Virus record (IMG/VR): IMGVR_UViG_3300022700_000177
Location: 19,929-83,928 of that record
Length of the DNA stretch: 64,000 nucleotides
Reading direction: 5' to 3' (one strand)
Origin: a virus
Below, one piece after another: positions 36,905 to 48,300 of the stretch. The notes below the pieces were generated by a model that made no database searches, was not told where the DNA came from, and saw nothing but the letters and a program-made list of their open reading frames with translations. Position 1 is the first letter of the stretch. Each line of letters starts with the position of its first letter. The position numbers and the translations under genes are program-made.

Positions 36905-36913
36905 AATTTACTC

Positions 36914-37144
36914 CTAATCAATGCTCACAATAGTGGTTGTTTCAGTTCCCACTTTACCTATTATCTGATCCATATAAACCAAAACATTATCCCCTATACC
37001 AGAAGTTCCCCATACAGTTCTGTTCATACCATTCTCAAGCAAAACCGTCCTTCTATCTCTTTTTATCCCTACAACAGTGCCTATATGGTATTTATTTGGC
37101 TTCCTATTGATAGATTTCTGCATTTTCTTCAACAAATTGCTCAT
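36914..37144 (-). CDS. small tail-tip protein
   Basis: position in the tail module. Confidence 0.45.
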   Translation of the reverse strand: MSNLLKKMQKSINRKPNKYHIGTVVGIKRDRRTVLLENGMNRTVWGTSGIGDNVLVYMDQIIGKVGTETTTIVSID

Positions 37145-37455
37145 GTGTCACTCCTTTCCACTGTACAAGTGACCATAGCACTGACACTATCTGAAAAATC
37201 AATGTTCAGTGAAAATCCAGTAAGCTTTCCTCTGAAAACTTCTCCAAGTTGGGAATCATTTACCTCAACCAAATCCCCAATACTTTTCCAGTCCTCATAG
37301 ACTTTTTCTATATCATAAATCCACTTATGGGAGCTTTCCTCGGAGAGATACATCTTCCCCCTCTCAGTTGCAACAGGCTCGGTAGCCATAAGCTCGTCTA
37401 TGATTGGGTCCGGTGCTAACTTATCCCCGGCCCCAGTTATTACTTTCACTTTCAT
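37141..37455 (-). CDS. tail/baseplate protein
   Basis: position; coupled overlap with the next gene. Confidence 0.5.
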   Translation of the reverse strand: MKVKVITGAGDKLAPDPIIDELMATEPVATERGKMYLSEESSHKWIYDIEKVYEDWKSIGDLVEVNDSQLGEVFRGKLTGFSLNIDFSDSVSAMVTCTVERSDT

Positions 37456-37466
37456 ACTTACTCCGA

Positions 37467-37964
37467 TTAAGAAGCAGGATAAACTACAACAACAATCATT
37501 CCCTCACCAAAATCACTTGGGGGGGTGAGCTTCATAAGAGTGTATGTTGTTGTATAGTTGACTTTTGCTACTCCAGGGTTTGTATTGGAAGGAGAACCAG
37601 AACACTGGACTTCATTAGCAGCATCAGCTTGGGTTATTGTGCCAAGACCTCCACTTGATGGATACCATGTATAAGAATCAAGGGTGTGTATGAGTTTAGA
37701 AACTGTGTCCGTAGTATCCCCCTCTTCAGTGAAAGTAACATAATCCTCAAGCTCTTCTGTGAATCCTGTTTCCTCAGTTGTAACAGTTCCAGCAGTTGGG
37801 GTAGTAGCAAAAGTCACATTTGCATAAACCCTGAAATAAACAGAATCTCCAGGCAAAAACGTTGTTTTCCCATTATTGTCGTCAGAATTTATTTCTGCAT
37901 CAATATAAAGGTTGCTCGCTGCGTCAGCAGAAAATTGAACTTGTATGGTTGCTGAAACTGCCAT
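37467..37964 (-). CDS. virion structural protein
   Basis: T/S-rich beta protein in the tail module. Confidence 0.5.
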   Translation of the reverse strand: MAVSATIQVQFSADAASNLYIDAEINSDDNNGKTTFLPGDSVYFRVYANVTFATTPTAGTVTTEETGFTEELEDYVTFTEEGDTTDTVSKLIHTLDSYTWYPSSGGLGTITQADAANEVQCSGSPSNTNPGVAKVNYTTTYTLMKLTPPSDFGEGMIVVVVYPAS

Positions 37965-37966
37965 AA

Positions 37967-38998
37967 TTATTCCTCCGTATAAAAAAGAGTAGTTGTTCTC
38001 TCATCATGAGTAACTACAAATTTATGGTACTTTGTGGTGTATGTTATATTTAAAAGGGACTCACCTACAACATTTGTATATAGATTCGTCCCATCATGTT
38101 CTAAGCTTCCAAGATTATCCCAATTGTAGGAGTAGCTATCAACACTGAATATTGGTTTTTCAGAACTACCTTGCCCCTCGACAATCTCAATGATTTCCTC
38201 AACTGACTCTGTTTGCTCACCGTAATTTACAATGCTGACTAAACTTGGATCACCCGCACTTAAAAGTTCAACACTGTCTTGGAATGGATAGACTCTTACA
38301 GCAAGAGTAACACTTTTGCTGTCATAATCCCAATCAATCTCCTCAATAGAGTAAGAAATATCGGAATCCAAATCCTTATTCATCAAAATCACAGCATTGT
38401 AAAGTGATCTCAAATCCTTAGTTTCTGAAATACTGATAATATCATCTGCATCGTCTAAGGTTATTGTAGGGGTCTGGTCTGCATCATAATAATGGGATGG
38501 AGTTACACTGTATTTTGGCTGCACCTTTAATGTTCCTCCAGGTGTCGTTTGGAGTATAGCTCCAGCAGCATCAGCAATTCTACGTATAACCTCTATTGGA
38601 TATTCCCCTTCAGCAATTAGAGTATTTGCGGGAATTGTCCAATCAAGAATGTCCCATGATAAAGTTATAGAATGATCATCACAAAGACCCTGAACAATGC
38701 TTTGTGCGGTTTGGTCTGATTCCCATTCATAATATAGTTGAGAAGCATTCCCCTCCCCAAGCTTTGCTGTAATGGATCTTCCTTCTATAGAGTACGAAGT
38801 TTCCCCGAAAGACCTTGTTCTTTCCCTATTGTCAATTATGAAAAGAAACGATGTTCCATTGATATCAATGGTTATTTCAGATCCAGTAGTGCATAAACTC
38901 CATTCATCAGGATCAAGCAATTCTGCTTTCATAGAGATGCAATAAGAATCTTCATCTGTATCTAAGGATATGGATCTGAAATCAGTTATTTGTGTCAT
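37967..38998 (-). CDS. baseplate hub / Tal-like tail protein
   Basis: GRSITAKL, LSW.I.DW.IP, PIEVIRRIADAAGA. Confidence 0.6.
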   Translation of the reverse strand: MTQITDFRSISLDTDEDSYCISMKAELLDPDEWSLCTTGSEITIDINGTSFLFIIDNRERTRSFGETSYSIEGRSITAKLGEGNASQLYYEWESDQTAQSIVQGLCDDHSITLSWDILDWTIPANTLIAEGEYPIEVIRRIADAAGAILQTTPGGTLKVQPKYSVTPSHYYDADQTPTITLDDADDIISISETKDLRSLYNAVILMNKDLDSDISYSIEEIDWDYDSKSVTLAVRVYPFQDSVELLSAGDPSLVSIVNYGEQTESVEEIIEIVEGQGSSEKPIFSVDSYSYNWDNLGSLEHDGTNLYTNVVGESLLNITYTTKYHKFVVTHDERTTTLFYTEE

Positions 38999-38999
38999 A

Positions 39000-41006
39000 T
39001 CAAACCTCTGCTGACACTGTAATGGAGTAGAATGAACTTGTTCCTTTTATAAGGGAATCAATAATTGAAAACTCCTTAGAAATTGGATTAAGACTGCTTA
39101 TATCATGCTCATCAATAAATACAAGCCTTACTGTGTTGGCTATATAGTAGCTGTCCTGAACCTCTGTGCTTACTTTTGGACGTAAGCTGTACTCAGCTTC
39201 AGTTTCATTGTTCGTTTGGTAGGAGAGCTGGAATTGCTCTTCATGCTCAGATGATACTCTTAATGAAGATTCTACTTCAAATTCAACATTTGCAGTTTCA
39301 GATAATAAATATTCCTCTTCAAATTCACTATTAACAACCAACCTCAAACTATCCTCAAAAACAAAATTCCTGGATATAATTGGAAGTGCATATCTTTCTT
39401 CAAGAAGCAGTTTAGCAGATATTCGTAAGCCACCAACCTCAATAGAGTTGTTTATATCAAAAGATTCTGAAAAAACAGATTCAATAAATCCTACTTCTCC
39501 AGTATCTATGCTTATGTTTATGCTAAATTCTGGAATCTCTATATTTATTGGGGCAAAAATCTCAACTGTTTCCCCAAGATCCCAATCCATGAGATCCGCA
39601 TAAACATAAAATTCATCTGTTTGTACAAAATGATTGTATTCTGCTTCTGAAAAATAGGTAAAAGTTGAAGGAGAAGTTAGATTGTCATATTCTGTTTTAT
39701 GCCAGTTTAAAGATATCGCATCATATCTGATTCTTATTTCGTCAAGAGATCCCTGCCAATGTCTATCATCTCCTGCCCTTCCACCTATATAAAAAGTTGG
39801 AGTAGAGTCTTCTACATCAGTGGGCCTCATGCTTTCTGTGGAAGACCCTTCTTCACCACCATTTATAAAAGACTTCCAATCAACCCCATCTGCTGTCCAC
39901 GAAGTGTAAAACCAAGTATTGTCAGAAGGAACCCAATTTGTAGTCGTTCTGTATGCAGAAGACCCGTTCCACTCTCTCCAAGTCCGTATCCCATTGGAAT
40001 TGTCGTCTAACCAGTAATAAAAACTATCATCTGAATTTCCGTATAAAGTAAAAAGAACTTGATTTGCGGTATCTCCATCATCAGTTTTGGCAAAGCAAGA
40101 AAAGGTTAGTTCAGAAAATCCAAATTCTTCTAAGGTGTCATACATCCGTATATAAGGACGTGGATCGCTTGGAAAGTCTCCAGAATCCCCTATCTTTCCT
40201 GTAACTGCTGAAGGATTATCATTTGCTACAAAAACTGTATTGTCTACATGATTTGCCCTTGAAAGCATACCATCATGAGAGACAAGCAAATAATCTTTCC
40301 AGCAAGCATCAGCTCCATAAGTACTAAAATAAACATAACCAAAGGCATCTGGATTGTCGAAATAGAGATAAAAATAGGTGTCTTCTGAGGAAGACAGATT
40401 TGGAGCAAGAAAATACATTTCTCCAGTTTTAAGTGCAGTGTCACAAGAAACAACATCTTGCGCACATTCCGTTACCTTATCTCCTTTTGTTATTCTTATG
40501 TCTGCTCCATCTTCTTTTACATAATCCCAAAATGAATCAGAAAATAAAGACAGGTCCAAATAAACCGGAAAATCCTCTACGTCCTCCTGAACTTTGTCTT
40601 TGTCTATTGTTATTTTTATACGTCTTTTAAAATTTCCATCATACCAATGTTCTTCTACATAACCTCCCGACACAGAAAATACAGAGCTGATATCAAAAGA
40701 GGATGATTCTACCTCTATGTCTTCTAATGTGTTCACTTCAGGAACAGGAAATTCAACCCCTACATCAAACTCCACGGAAGAAATACTTATGTCTGCTACT
40801 ATTTTGTCAACAGACAATTCAGTAGTGGTAGAAAATTCCTCTGGCTCTACTGAAAAATCAGCAATAACAGAACCAACAGAAATAGAGGAGGTTACTTCAA
40901 AGGAAGGGACCTCTATTTCTGTTGCTGCATCTCCCAAATTAAAATTAATTGGGGGGTTTGTAGTCCCAAGAGAGGAAGATGTGAGGTTGAAATCTTTAGA
41001 ACTCAT
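39000..41006 (-). CDS. DUF2341 + LamG-like tail protein
   Basis: W...F..R.KITID...V..D..DFPV, DG.DIR.T, YLYF.N, GSLDEIRI. Confidence 0.7.
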   Translation of the reverse strand: MSSKDFNLTSSSLGTTNPPINFNLGDAATEIEVPSFEVTSSISVGSVIADFSVEPEEFSTTTELSVDKIVADISISSVEFDVGVEFPVPEVNTLEDIEVESSSFDISSVFSVSGGYVEEHWYDGNFKRRIKITIDKDKVQEDVEDFPVYLDLSLFSDSFWDYVKEDGADIRITKGDKVTECAQDVVSCDTALKTGEMYFLAPNLSSSEDTYFYLYFDNPDAFGYVYFSTYGADACWKDYLLVSHDGMLSRANHVDNTVFVANDNPSAVTGKIGDSGDFPSDPRPYIRMYDTLEEFGFSELTFSCFAKTDDGDTANQVLFTLYGNSDDSFYYWLDDNSNGIRTWREWNGSSAYRTTTNWVPSDNTWFYTSWTADGVDWKSFINGGEEGSSTESMRPTDVEDSTPTFYIGGRAGDDRHWQGSLDEIRIRYDAISLNWHKTEYDNLTSPSTFTYFSEAEYNHFVQTDEFYVYADLMDWDLGETVEIFAPINIEIPEFSINISIDTGEVGFIESVFSESFDINNSIEVGGLRISAKLLLEERYALPIISRNFVFEDSLRLVVNSEFEEEYLLSETANVEFEVESSLRVSSEHEEQFQLSYQTNNETEAEYSLRPKVSTEVQDSYYIANTVRLVFIDEHDISSLNPISKEFSIIDSLIKGTSSFYSITVSAEV

Positions 41007-41015
41007 TGCACTTCC

Positions 41016-41453
41016 TTAATAGACGTTTAACCTAATTGTTTTTATCTTGAAGTCCTGTGCAGAGTCCACGGTGTAGTTCTGTCCAAAATTAATAAAACCC
41101 AAAACAGTGTCATCGTCTGTACTACTGTCATACACAATAGCGGAGCCTATTTCCCCGGAAAAACCGGAAGTTCCAGATCCAGTAAAAGTAACATCATTAA
41201 AAGACACCATAGCTTTGTCATTTGAATCATCCTCAGTATAAGAGGAAACTGTAAGAGTATTACCTCCAGTTGTATAACCACCTCCACCATTTATTTCTCC
41301 ACCAGAAATATCAGAGTATGTTGCGTCCGTATCCTTATCAAAAGCATACTCACCAGACATTAAAGCACATTTAAAAGTGTCATTCAAAAGATCCACCTTT
41401 TTTGCACCTAACTGATATTTGAAATGATTTGAAACCGTTGTTGTGACTGCCAT
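41016..41453 (-). CDS. virion structural (tail) protein
   Basis: DL.NDTFK.AL, GY..GG..L, IDFG-like motifs. Confidence 0.6.
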   Translation of the reverse strand: MAVTTTVSNHFKYQLGAKKVDLLNDTFKCALMSGEYAFDKDTDATYSDISGGEINGGGGYTTGGNTLTVSSYTEDDSNDKAMVSFNDVTFTGSGTSGFSGEIGSAIVYDSSTDDDTVLGFINFGQNYTVDSAQDFKIKTIRLNVY

Positions 41454-41462
41454 AATGCCTCC

Positions 41463-42458
41463 TTATGCACTTTCCCCTGCAAAGTTGATTTTAAAAGTAT
41501 TCCCACTCTGACTTGCTGCCCCAGCAGGGACAACTTGTTTTAGCCATACCGGAACCGATGCTGGATGAGTTTTAAACGTGATTGTGTCCCCACTTGCCCA
41601 AGTCCCGCTCCATCCAGCAGCCAATAATGTAAAGTATTTACCACCAACATTAGGATTGGTATATGAAAAATCAGAAGAGGTGTTTCCACTTCCAATGCTG
41701 CCAACTGCTGCACCAGAAACGTTAAATGTAGTTGCTCCTGTAAATTCAACAGTCCAAGTTTCCTCAATCGTTCCAATGTTTGTCAAAGTCGGCGGACTCC
41801 CACTTTCATCATAAGTCCCATCTCCTGCGGCAGTCTCATTCCAGTTGTCAAAACTTGGCTCAACATCCCCATATTCATAAACAGATGCTACGTTTGCTGT
41901 GGTTGTGACATAACTATTAGAAAGCTGGCTATTCAAATTTATAGTGCAGAGTTCACCAGAAACAACAACCTCACCAGATATTGTACCATACTCATATGTA
42001 TCAGAACCGGAAACTCCAGTACCAATAAAAACCTTATCACCATCAACAAACATATCATTAACATTTAGATGCTCAACATTTGCAACCAAAGAAGATTCAC
42101 CGGCATTTACATTAGCATTTAGTGGTGCTGCTCCAAAAACTCTCTCAGAACCAGTAATATTGCCCTGAGTATTTGTTTGAGTGCCAGCAAACATCACAAC
42201 ATAGTCTTCGCCTTGGGTATACTTCGTAAAATGAATCTCCCCATTATACAAAACAAGGTTGGAACTATTGGCATTTTTGAAAAAAACTTTTCTGTACCTT
42301 GTTAAACCAGCGTTTCTTTCAGCTTGAGTAACATCTGGAAGAATAGCATTTTTTATTCCAGAAGTTGCCTGATTAGATGACATTTTGCCACCATTGGCAG
42401 CGGTGTCATTAATTGTTGCAGCTTTATAAATCTTTAATTCCGCACTTGTAATAGACAT
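41463..42458 (-). CDS. virion structural (tail) protein
   Basis: MSI...ELK......D...NGG.M, PDV...ER..G..RYRK.F, W..GD...F.T..A..PVW. Confidence 0.65.
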   Translation of the reverse strand: MSITSAELKIYKAATINDTAANGGKMSSNQATSGIKNAILPDVTQAERNAGLTRYRKVFFKNANSSNLVLYNGEIHFTKYTQGEDYVVMFAGTQTNTQGNITGSERVFGAAPLNANVNAGESSLVANVEHLNVNDMFVDGDKVFIGTGVSGSDTYEYGTISGEVVVSGELCTINLNSQLSNSYVTTTANVASVYEYGDVEPSFDNWNETAAGDGTYDESGSPPTLTNIGTIEETWTVEFTGATTFNVSGAAVGSIGSGNTSSDFSYTNPNVGGKYFTLLAAGWSGTWASGDTITFKTHPASVPVWLKQVVPAGAASQSGNTFKINFAGESA

Positions 42459-42469
42459 GCATCCCTCCC

Positions 42470-43372
42470 TTAATCAATAACTATTGTATCGTTTGAAAGT
42501 TCATCCTCATTTGTATCCAAATACCCTGAAGCTGTTATGAGTAAATTGTGCGATCCTGCTGTTGTTTCTACTGTGATGTACCCATTTTCATCAGTCTGTC
42601 CTTTTAAATTTCCGTCAAAATAAACATAAGCACTTGCTATTGGTGTGAGTTCACTATGATCCACAACTAAAAGTTGTATGGTTCTGTCAGTTGTCTCTTC
42701 ATCCTCAGTAGGCACAGACATTGTTATTGTGATTTCTTCTTGGAAAACCCCTTCCCTAAAAAGATAAAATTTATTTACTCCAAGATTTAACAAATCATAT
42801 ACTTCCCAATACTTCCTATTAGATACTCTTTGATAAACAAGTTTGACAGTTCCAGAAATATTTGAACTTTGAAATGAAGGGGTTACGCATAAACCAGAAG
42901 GACTCAATTCAAAATCTTCAACTGGTATCCTCTCATCCTTTGAATACAATGTGGTCATCTGCCCACTTGAAGAAATAGATATAATTGCAGATTCAGCAGT
43001 TACAGACACTATTGATTCAGCAGGATAAGTAAGTGTCTCTTGAGCAAAAGAAACATCTGCCTCTTCACCAAATATTAATTCGGTGTTGTCCACAGTTATA
43101 TTATCAGGGGAAGAATCAAAACTAAAGGTAATGTAAGTTTCAATTTCTTCACTCGTAGCAGTATCATTGGTTCCCAGACCCAAAGCATCATCTGAATAGT
43201 AAAGGGAATATTTACTGCCCTCTTCCTGAGTTTTTGTCCATAAATATATTTTTTGGGAATAGGAAGACAGTCCCGTAAGTGTAAGATTTGTACTTATTCC
43301 ATACTTTTTACTACACTCTGACCCATCACCCTCAGAGCTGTAAGTAACTTGAATTGAATCTTGTAATGCCAT
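42470..43372 (-). CDS. acidic virion protein with a C-terminal PEGA-like domain
   Basis: A.VYFDG..KG.TD..G......G.H.L.I...GY. Confidence 0.55.
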   Translation of the reverse strand: MALQDSIQVTYSSEGDGSECSKKYGISTNLTLTGLSSYSQKIYLWTKTQEEGSKYSLYYSDDALGLGTNDTATSEEIETYITFSFDSSPDNITVDNTELIFGEEADVSFAQETLTYPAESIVSVTAESAIISISSSGQMTTLYSKDERIPVEDFELSPSGLCVTPSFQSSNISGTVKLVYQRVSNRKYWEVYDLLNLGVNKFYLFREGVFQEEITITMSVPTEDEETTDRTIQLLVVDHSELTPIASAYVYFDGNLKGQTDENGYITVETTAGSHNLLITASGYLDTNEDELSNDTIVID

Positions 43373-43389
43373 AAAATAAACCTGTTTAT

Positions 43390-44946
43390 TTAGGGAAAAG
43401 AAACGCCTTCTATTGGTGAAAAATCACCTTGAATGAAATAAATAAGATGCCCATTGAAGTTCTCTTCTTCTCCATCAGCCCATAAATATCTTGAAGATGG
43501 ACTGGCATCATCAATCCGTATATTTATATACATAGTCGTAGAACCGCTGACATCTCCACCAGACAAATAATCTACAGTAAAAACAGCTTCATGCTGATTT
43601 ACACCTGCACCTTTATTGTATTCTTTGGAGTTTGTAAAGAATGTGTCTGATTGATCCCCAACACATTCAACATTGTTAACCTCATCACCATCGATTGTAA
43701 CAATAACATTTGCATGGGTATTCGTTACATACTCTTCATCTGATACATCAGGACAACTCTTCGTAAGATTCGCAAAGTATTGAAATCCATCATATGAAAG
43801 TTTGTAATAAGAAAAGCTGCAATCTTCTCCAAGATTGTCTTTCATATTTTCCCATTCAGCATCAGTATATCTTTTTCCATAAATTGTCATTTCTGATTTG
43901 TCATAATCTGGTTCAATCCGTACTCTATATCCAATTCCAGAAATAACATCCCATGATACCGACATTTCCCCAGTGTCACCCTGATTTACTTCTCCAAAAT
44001 TATTTACTCCTGTTATTCCATTATTAGTTTCTTGCCATATTGGAATTTTCATAGAGGAAACAAAATCATAAGCATATACAATGCTATCGTTTGGATCATC
44101 ATTGACACCCCCATAAAATGTGTCCCCATAGTAATATGTATCCTCATACCATCTATTAGAGGTACTGTAAGCTGTGTCAAGATAATCCGTTCCAAAGGCG
44201 TCAAATAATATATTATAGCCTCCCACATATACAGTGCCATTTTCTATATCATCAGGATCAGCCCCACTCCAATCTTTGCCTGTCCAATCAAAATATAAAT
44301 ACCAATACTCAGTCTCTGAATTAAAAGCCACTAAACCCGTGTTTCCTCTTTCATTAAAGTGAAACTCAAGCAAAGAACCCATTCCAGCAGTACTTGTGGT
44401 ATTTATTATAGGGGTGTAATAATGTGAAGTATCGTTATAAACAGACCTGATTATATAAAAATAGTTGTAATGACTCCAATAATCCCCAGGCTCATTTATT
44501 CTAAAAGTGGGAGACTGCGAGTTTGGATCTTCATAGCAGGGCCAAGTCCCGTAATCAGAATCTTCAGTATATTTAATAGGGGCTTCCTCAATATAGGACT
44601 GCCCAAAAGTTTCTGGTGTTAAAGTCTCTCCAGTCAAGCTATCAATAAGCTTAATAGCAATATAAGCAATTGATCCTGTCATCCCCACCATAACTTCCTG
44701 ATCGTAATTCCCAGTTGACATTGAAACTCTAAATGCCTGATCATGGTCCCCTGAAGCAATCTCCGTCAAAGCTGCATATCGGGATAAAAAAGAATAATCC
44801 ATAGCAGCATCTTTGGCTTTCCACTCTCCAGCATCATCATCCCAATATTTCTTATTGAGAGACACAATGTAATCAGCGTTAGGGTAAACGTCATAAAGGT
44901 TGTCATCCTGATCAACAACCCCACCCCTTGGAGACCACGTACTCAT
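43390..44946 (-). CDS. acidic D/Y-rich tail-associated protein
   Basis: 518 aa ORF downstream of the tape measure gene. Confidence 0.5.
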   Translation of the reverse strand: MSTWSPRGGVVDQDDNLYDVYPNADYIVSLNKKYWDDDAGEWKAKDAAMDYSFLSRYAALTEIASGDHDQAFRVSMSTGNYDQEVMVGMTGSIAYIAIKLIDSLTGETLTPETFGQSYIEEAPIKYTEDSDYGTWPCYEDPNSQSPTFRINEPGDYWSHYNYFYIIRSVYNDTSHYYTPIINTTSTAGMGSLLEFHFNERGNTGLVAFNSETEYWYLYFDWTGKDWSGADPDDIENGTVYVGGYNILFDAFGTDYLDTAYSTSNRWYEDTYYYGDTFYGGVNDDPNDSIVYAYDFVSSMKIPIWQETNNGITGVNNFGEVNQGDTGEMSVSWDVISGIGYRVRIEPDYDKSEMTIYGKRYTDAEWENMKDNLGEDCSFSYYKLSYDGFQYFANLTKSCPDVSDEEYVTNTHANVIVTIDGDEVNNVECVGDQSDTFFTNSKEYNKGAGVNQHEAVFTVDYLSGGDVSGSTTMYINIRIDDASPSSRYLWADGEEENFNGHLIYFIQGDFSPIEGVSFP

Positions 44947-44954
44947 AAATACCC

Positions 44955-45374
44955 TTAATCGAAAGATGCTAACTTTATGGTTATATTATAATACTGAAAA
45001 CTGAGGTTGTTTCTATTTTCATAATTTTCACCAATAAAGGGGGTGACTTCTATTGCAGGCTCTTCCCAAAACCTAAACTTAACAGAAGAGAAAGAATCAT
45101 CAGAATGTATAGCAAGAGAAAAAAATTGGTCTGGGTTTGTATAAGAAATAGACCAATTTCTTAAAGTTTCAATATCAGTCCTCAGCAATCTTGAATTGTT
45201 ACCAGAAAGTGTAATTGGTCTGTACCCTGAAATAGAGGCAGTCTGAACCTTAGCAGACCCCTCAATAGTGAACTGGATATTGGATTTTACAGGATTCCAA
45301 TTATATTGATCAATCCATTCTAATCCCAATCCAAGATTGATGGCAGTACTATCTGGATTAGCTAAAACAATCAT
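44955..45374 (-). CDS. distal tail-like protein
   Basis: W.D.Y.W.PV, G.RPITL; directly follows the tape measure gene. Confidence 0.55.
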   Translation of the reverse strand: MIVLANPDSTAINLGLGLEWIDQYNWNPVKSNIQFTIEGSAKVQTASISGYRPITLSGNNSRLLRTDIETLRNWSISYTNPDQFFSLAIHSDDSFSSVKFRFWEEPAIEVTPFIGENYENRNNLSFQYYNITIKLASFD

Positions 45375-48300
45375 ATTGCCAGTCCTTTTCTTCTCAATTC
45401 TTTAGTAATGTCTTTCAACACTGCATCTGTTGTCTTAACAGGATACTTATTGTCCCCTATCTGCAAATTGAGCGTAGCAGTCATTGTCTCTTTAGCTTCA
45501 TGCTGACTTACCAAACCACCAGCATTAAATTTCTGAACATCAGGTTTGACACTATCAACCAACCCACCAAAATTGAAAGCCTTGATACCAGAAAGACTGG
45601 TTAATGCTTCTTTACCTTTCATCCGCAACGCTTCAAAAAATTCAACTCCAATCTCTGCCACCCTATTCTTGGGCATCACATACTCGCCTGGAGTAAGCTT
45701 CGCTGGAACAGTATCCTCATTTCCGGAACCTGGAACTGAACCACCTCTTGCAAAAGGTTCTACAATTCCTCCAAGCGCCTTTTCTGCTACTTGTGATACC
45801 GTCTTTACAACATTGTATGAAACAGTCCTTGCATTAAGCCTATCTAACTCTCTATTAAGTTCATTAATTTTGTCTCTCTGTTCATCCACATTAGAGCTTA
45901 TGTCAAACTGCTTATCCTCAATTTTCATCTGATCCATAGCGTCCAAATCATTTAGTATGGAGCTTATCATGGATTTATACCTTGTTGCCAAACCATCTAC
46001 CTGAGTCTTTAGTTCCTTAAAAGAAGTAATCTGTTTCTGGATATTCTCTATCTCTTCCTCTTTTTGCCTATTCTCAACTTTCTCCAAAGCACCATAAGCG
46101 TTTTTCAGACCAGCAATAGCACTTGAAGAACTGACTGCATATCGTTCACCTTCTTTCTTCGCCTGCTTTGCTCCAACAGCAATTTGCTTATACATGGACG
46201 CGGAATCTTTCAAAAGATCCCTTGCCATTTCAAACTTGCCTTCATCAATAAGATTTTGGGCTTCCTGATACAAGTCATTAGCTCTGGAAAAGTCGCCCAT
46301 GACTGCATCCATATCATTCATTCCAGCCTTTCTTATATCATAAAGGTCAGAAGCAAGGCTTGCTTCTATCTTCCTTATATTGTTAGCTCTTTCTTCCTGA
46401 AGGTCTATAAGCTCCTGTTCAAGATCCTTAATCTCATCATAATATTCCTGAGATTTCTGTTTAGCAGTATTATAGGCATTTACTAAGGTGTCTTTCCACT
46501 GATTAAGGTTTTGTTCCTTCTTGTCAGTAAATTCATCAGAAAGATCCAGAAGCTTTCTATTAGTTTCCTGATATATTTCCTTTTGCTTTTCAGCATCATC
46601 CTCATAAAGAGAAAGCATATTTTTCATTTCTTCAACAACGATGTTCTTCCGTTCCTGATATTCTTGTTCTAAAAGCATGCCCCTTTGGTTCTTCAACCTC
46701 TTTTGGGCATCAAGTATCCTTTTATTCTGTTCAATTTCATCATCAGTGGAATTTCGTATTTTATTGATTTCCCAATCAAAATGCCTTTCTACAATAGATC
46801 GTCTTCTGCTAAAAGTATCCTTTGTTTTGTCAGTAAAATCCCCAAATACCTCACCAAAAATATCCTGATCAACAGCATCTTTAACTCCGTCCCATACCAT
46901 TTTGAAATTTGATCCAAAAGCTTTTTCGGCCATCTTCTGAAACTTTTCATTTAATGCTGCTATTTTATCCTCTGTTATTTCCTCTATATCACCGCCAGAA
47001 TCCTTAATAACAGCTTTTGCTGTATCCATTATCTTTTTTGAGGCGTCCTTATAATTATTGATCATATCAAGGAGTTCCTGCTTTTTTGCATCTGTTGGGA
47101 GTTGCTCAAAAGCTTTTTCCCAATGAGGGGGCAGTTTTTCTATCTCCTTTGCAAGGTCAACACTTACCGAAGCCATTTCTTTTATCTGGTCAACTACAGA
47201 AGATAATTGGGTTTCACTAAGATCCTCTAAATCTTCAAAAGATTCTTTTAATTTTTTAACAGTTATATTATCAAGGTCCTCATTTGATTCCTTAGAAAAA
47301 GTATAAATTCTTTGCGCTATATCCTCTAAACTTCCTTGAATTGTATTATTAAGTTCCTTAATTCTGGTTTCTGCTTCACTTGTATCTAAACCTACTACTT
47401 CTAAACCTGCCTTTTCTTTATTAATTTCGGCGATTTTATCACTATAGCTATCAAGTATTTCAATTTCAGCAGCAAGGGCCTTTCCTATACTTTTCTTAAT
47501 ATACTCATCTAAAATTGAGGATCCGTCTTTAAATTCCATATTCAAAAGGTCTATTTCATCCCTTAATTCTGGCACATCCTCAACCAATCTTTGCATTATA
47601 GCACGGTATTCATCAGAACCTTTAGTAACACCATTAAGTCTTTCTTTATAATATTCTAATTTATTGGCAGTATTTTGATATTCTAAAATTAACTTTTTAT
47701 TCTCTTCCACTAATTTCTGGGTTTCATTACGCATTTTCACAAGTAAGGTTACCAAAGCCGCAGCACCCGTAGCTACTAAAATTAAAGGGTGCCTCATTAA
47801 TAAAGCAAATAGGGCTTTCAGCTTTTTTCCTAAAGCAACTACAGCAGTACCTAACCCTGCAAAAGAAGTAGTTGCCATACCTACTGAAGAAACTAATCCA
47901 GATAACCATGAAAAAGCAGATGTAGCCACTAAGGCTTTCAATGCTGCGCTTGCTCCTGTTATGGCTACGGAAAGAGCTATAAATTGACCAATAGCACCAG
48001 TTAAAGGGGTTGAAGCTAAAAAGATTAAGGCATCTTCAACTAATTTTACAGCCTCAAGAAAACCTTTAAAAATACTGATTAATCCGGCCTCTCCAAGCTC
48101 TGTTGATAAAACAGAAAATTTATCTGCAACCTGTTTAGCAGTGATACCCAAACCTTCTTGCTGAGTCTGCATCATTCTTGAAGCGGCCCCTACTTCCTCA
48201 ATAGCTTCCTCTAATTGTTTGAATCCCTCAACACCGTTTTGTGTCAATGCAGAAACAGCGGGGGCACCGCGAACCTTAAAAAATTGAAAAGCATCAGCAG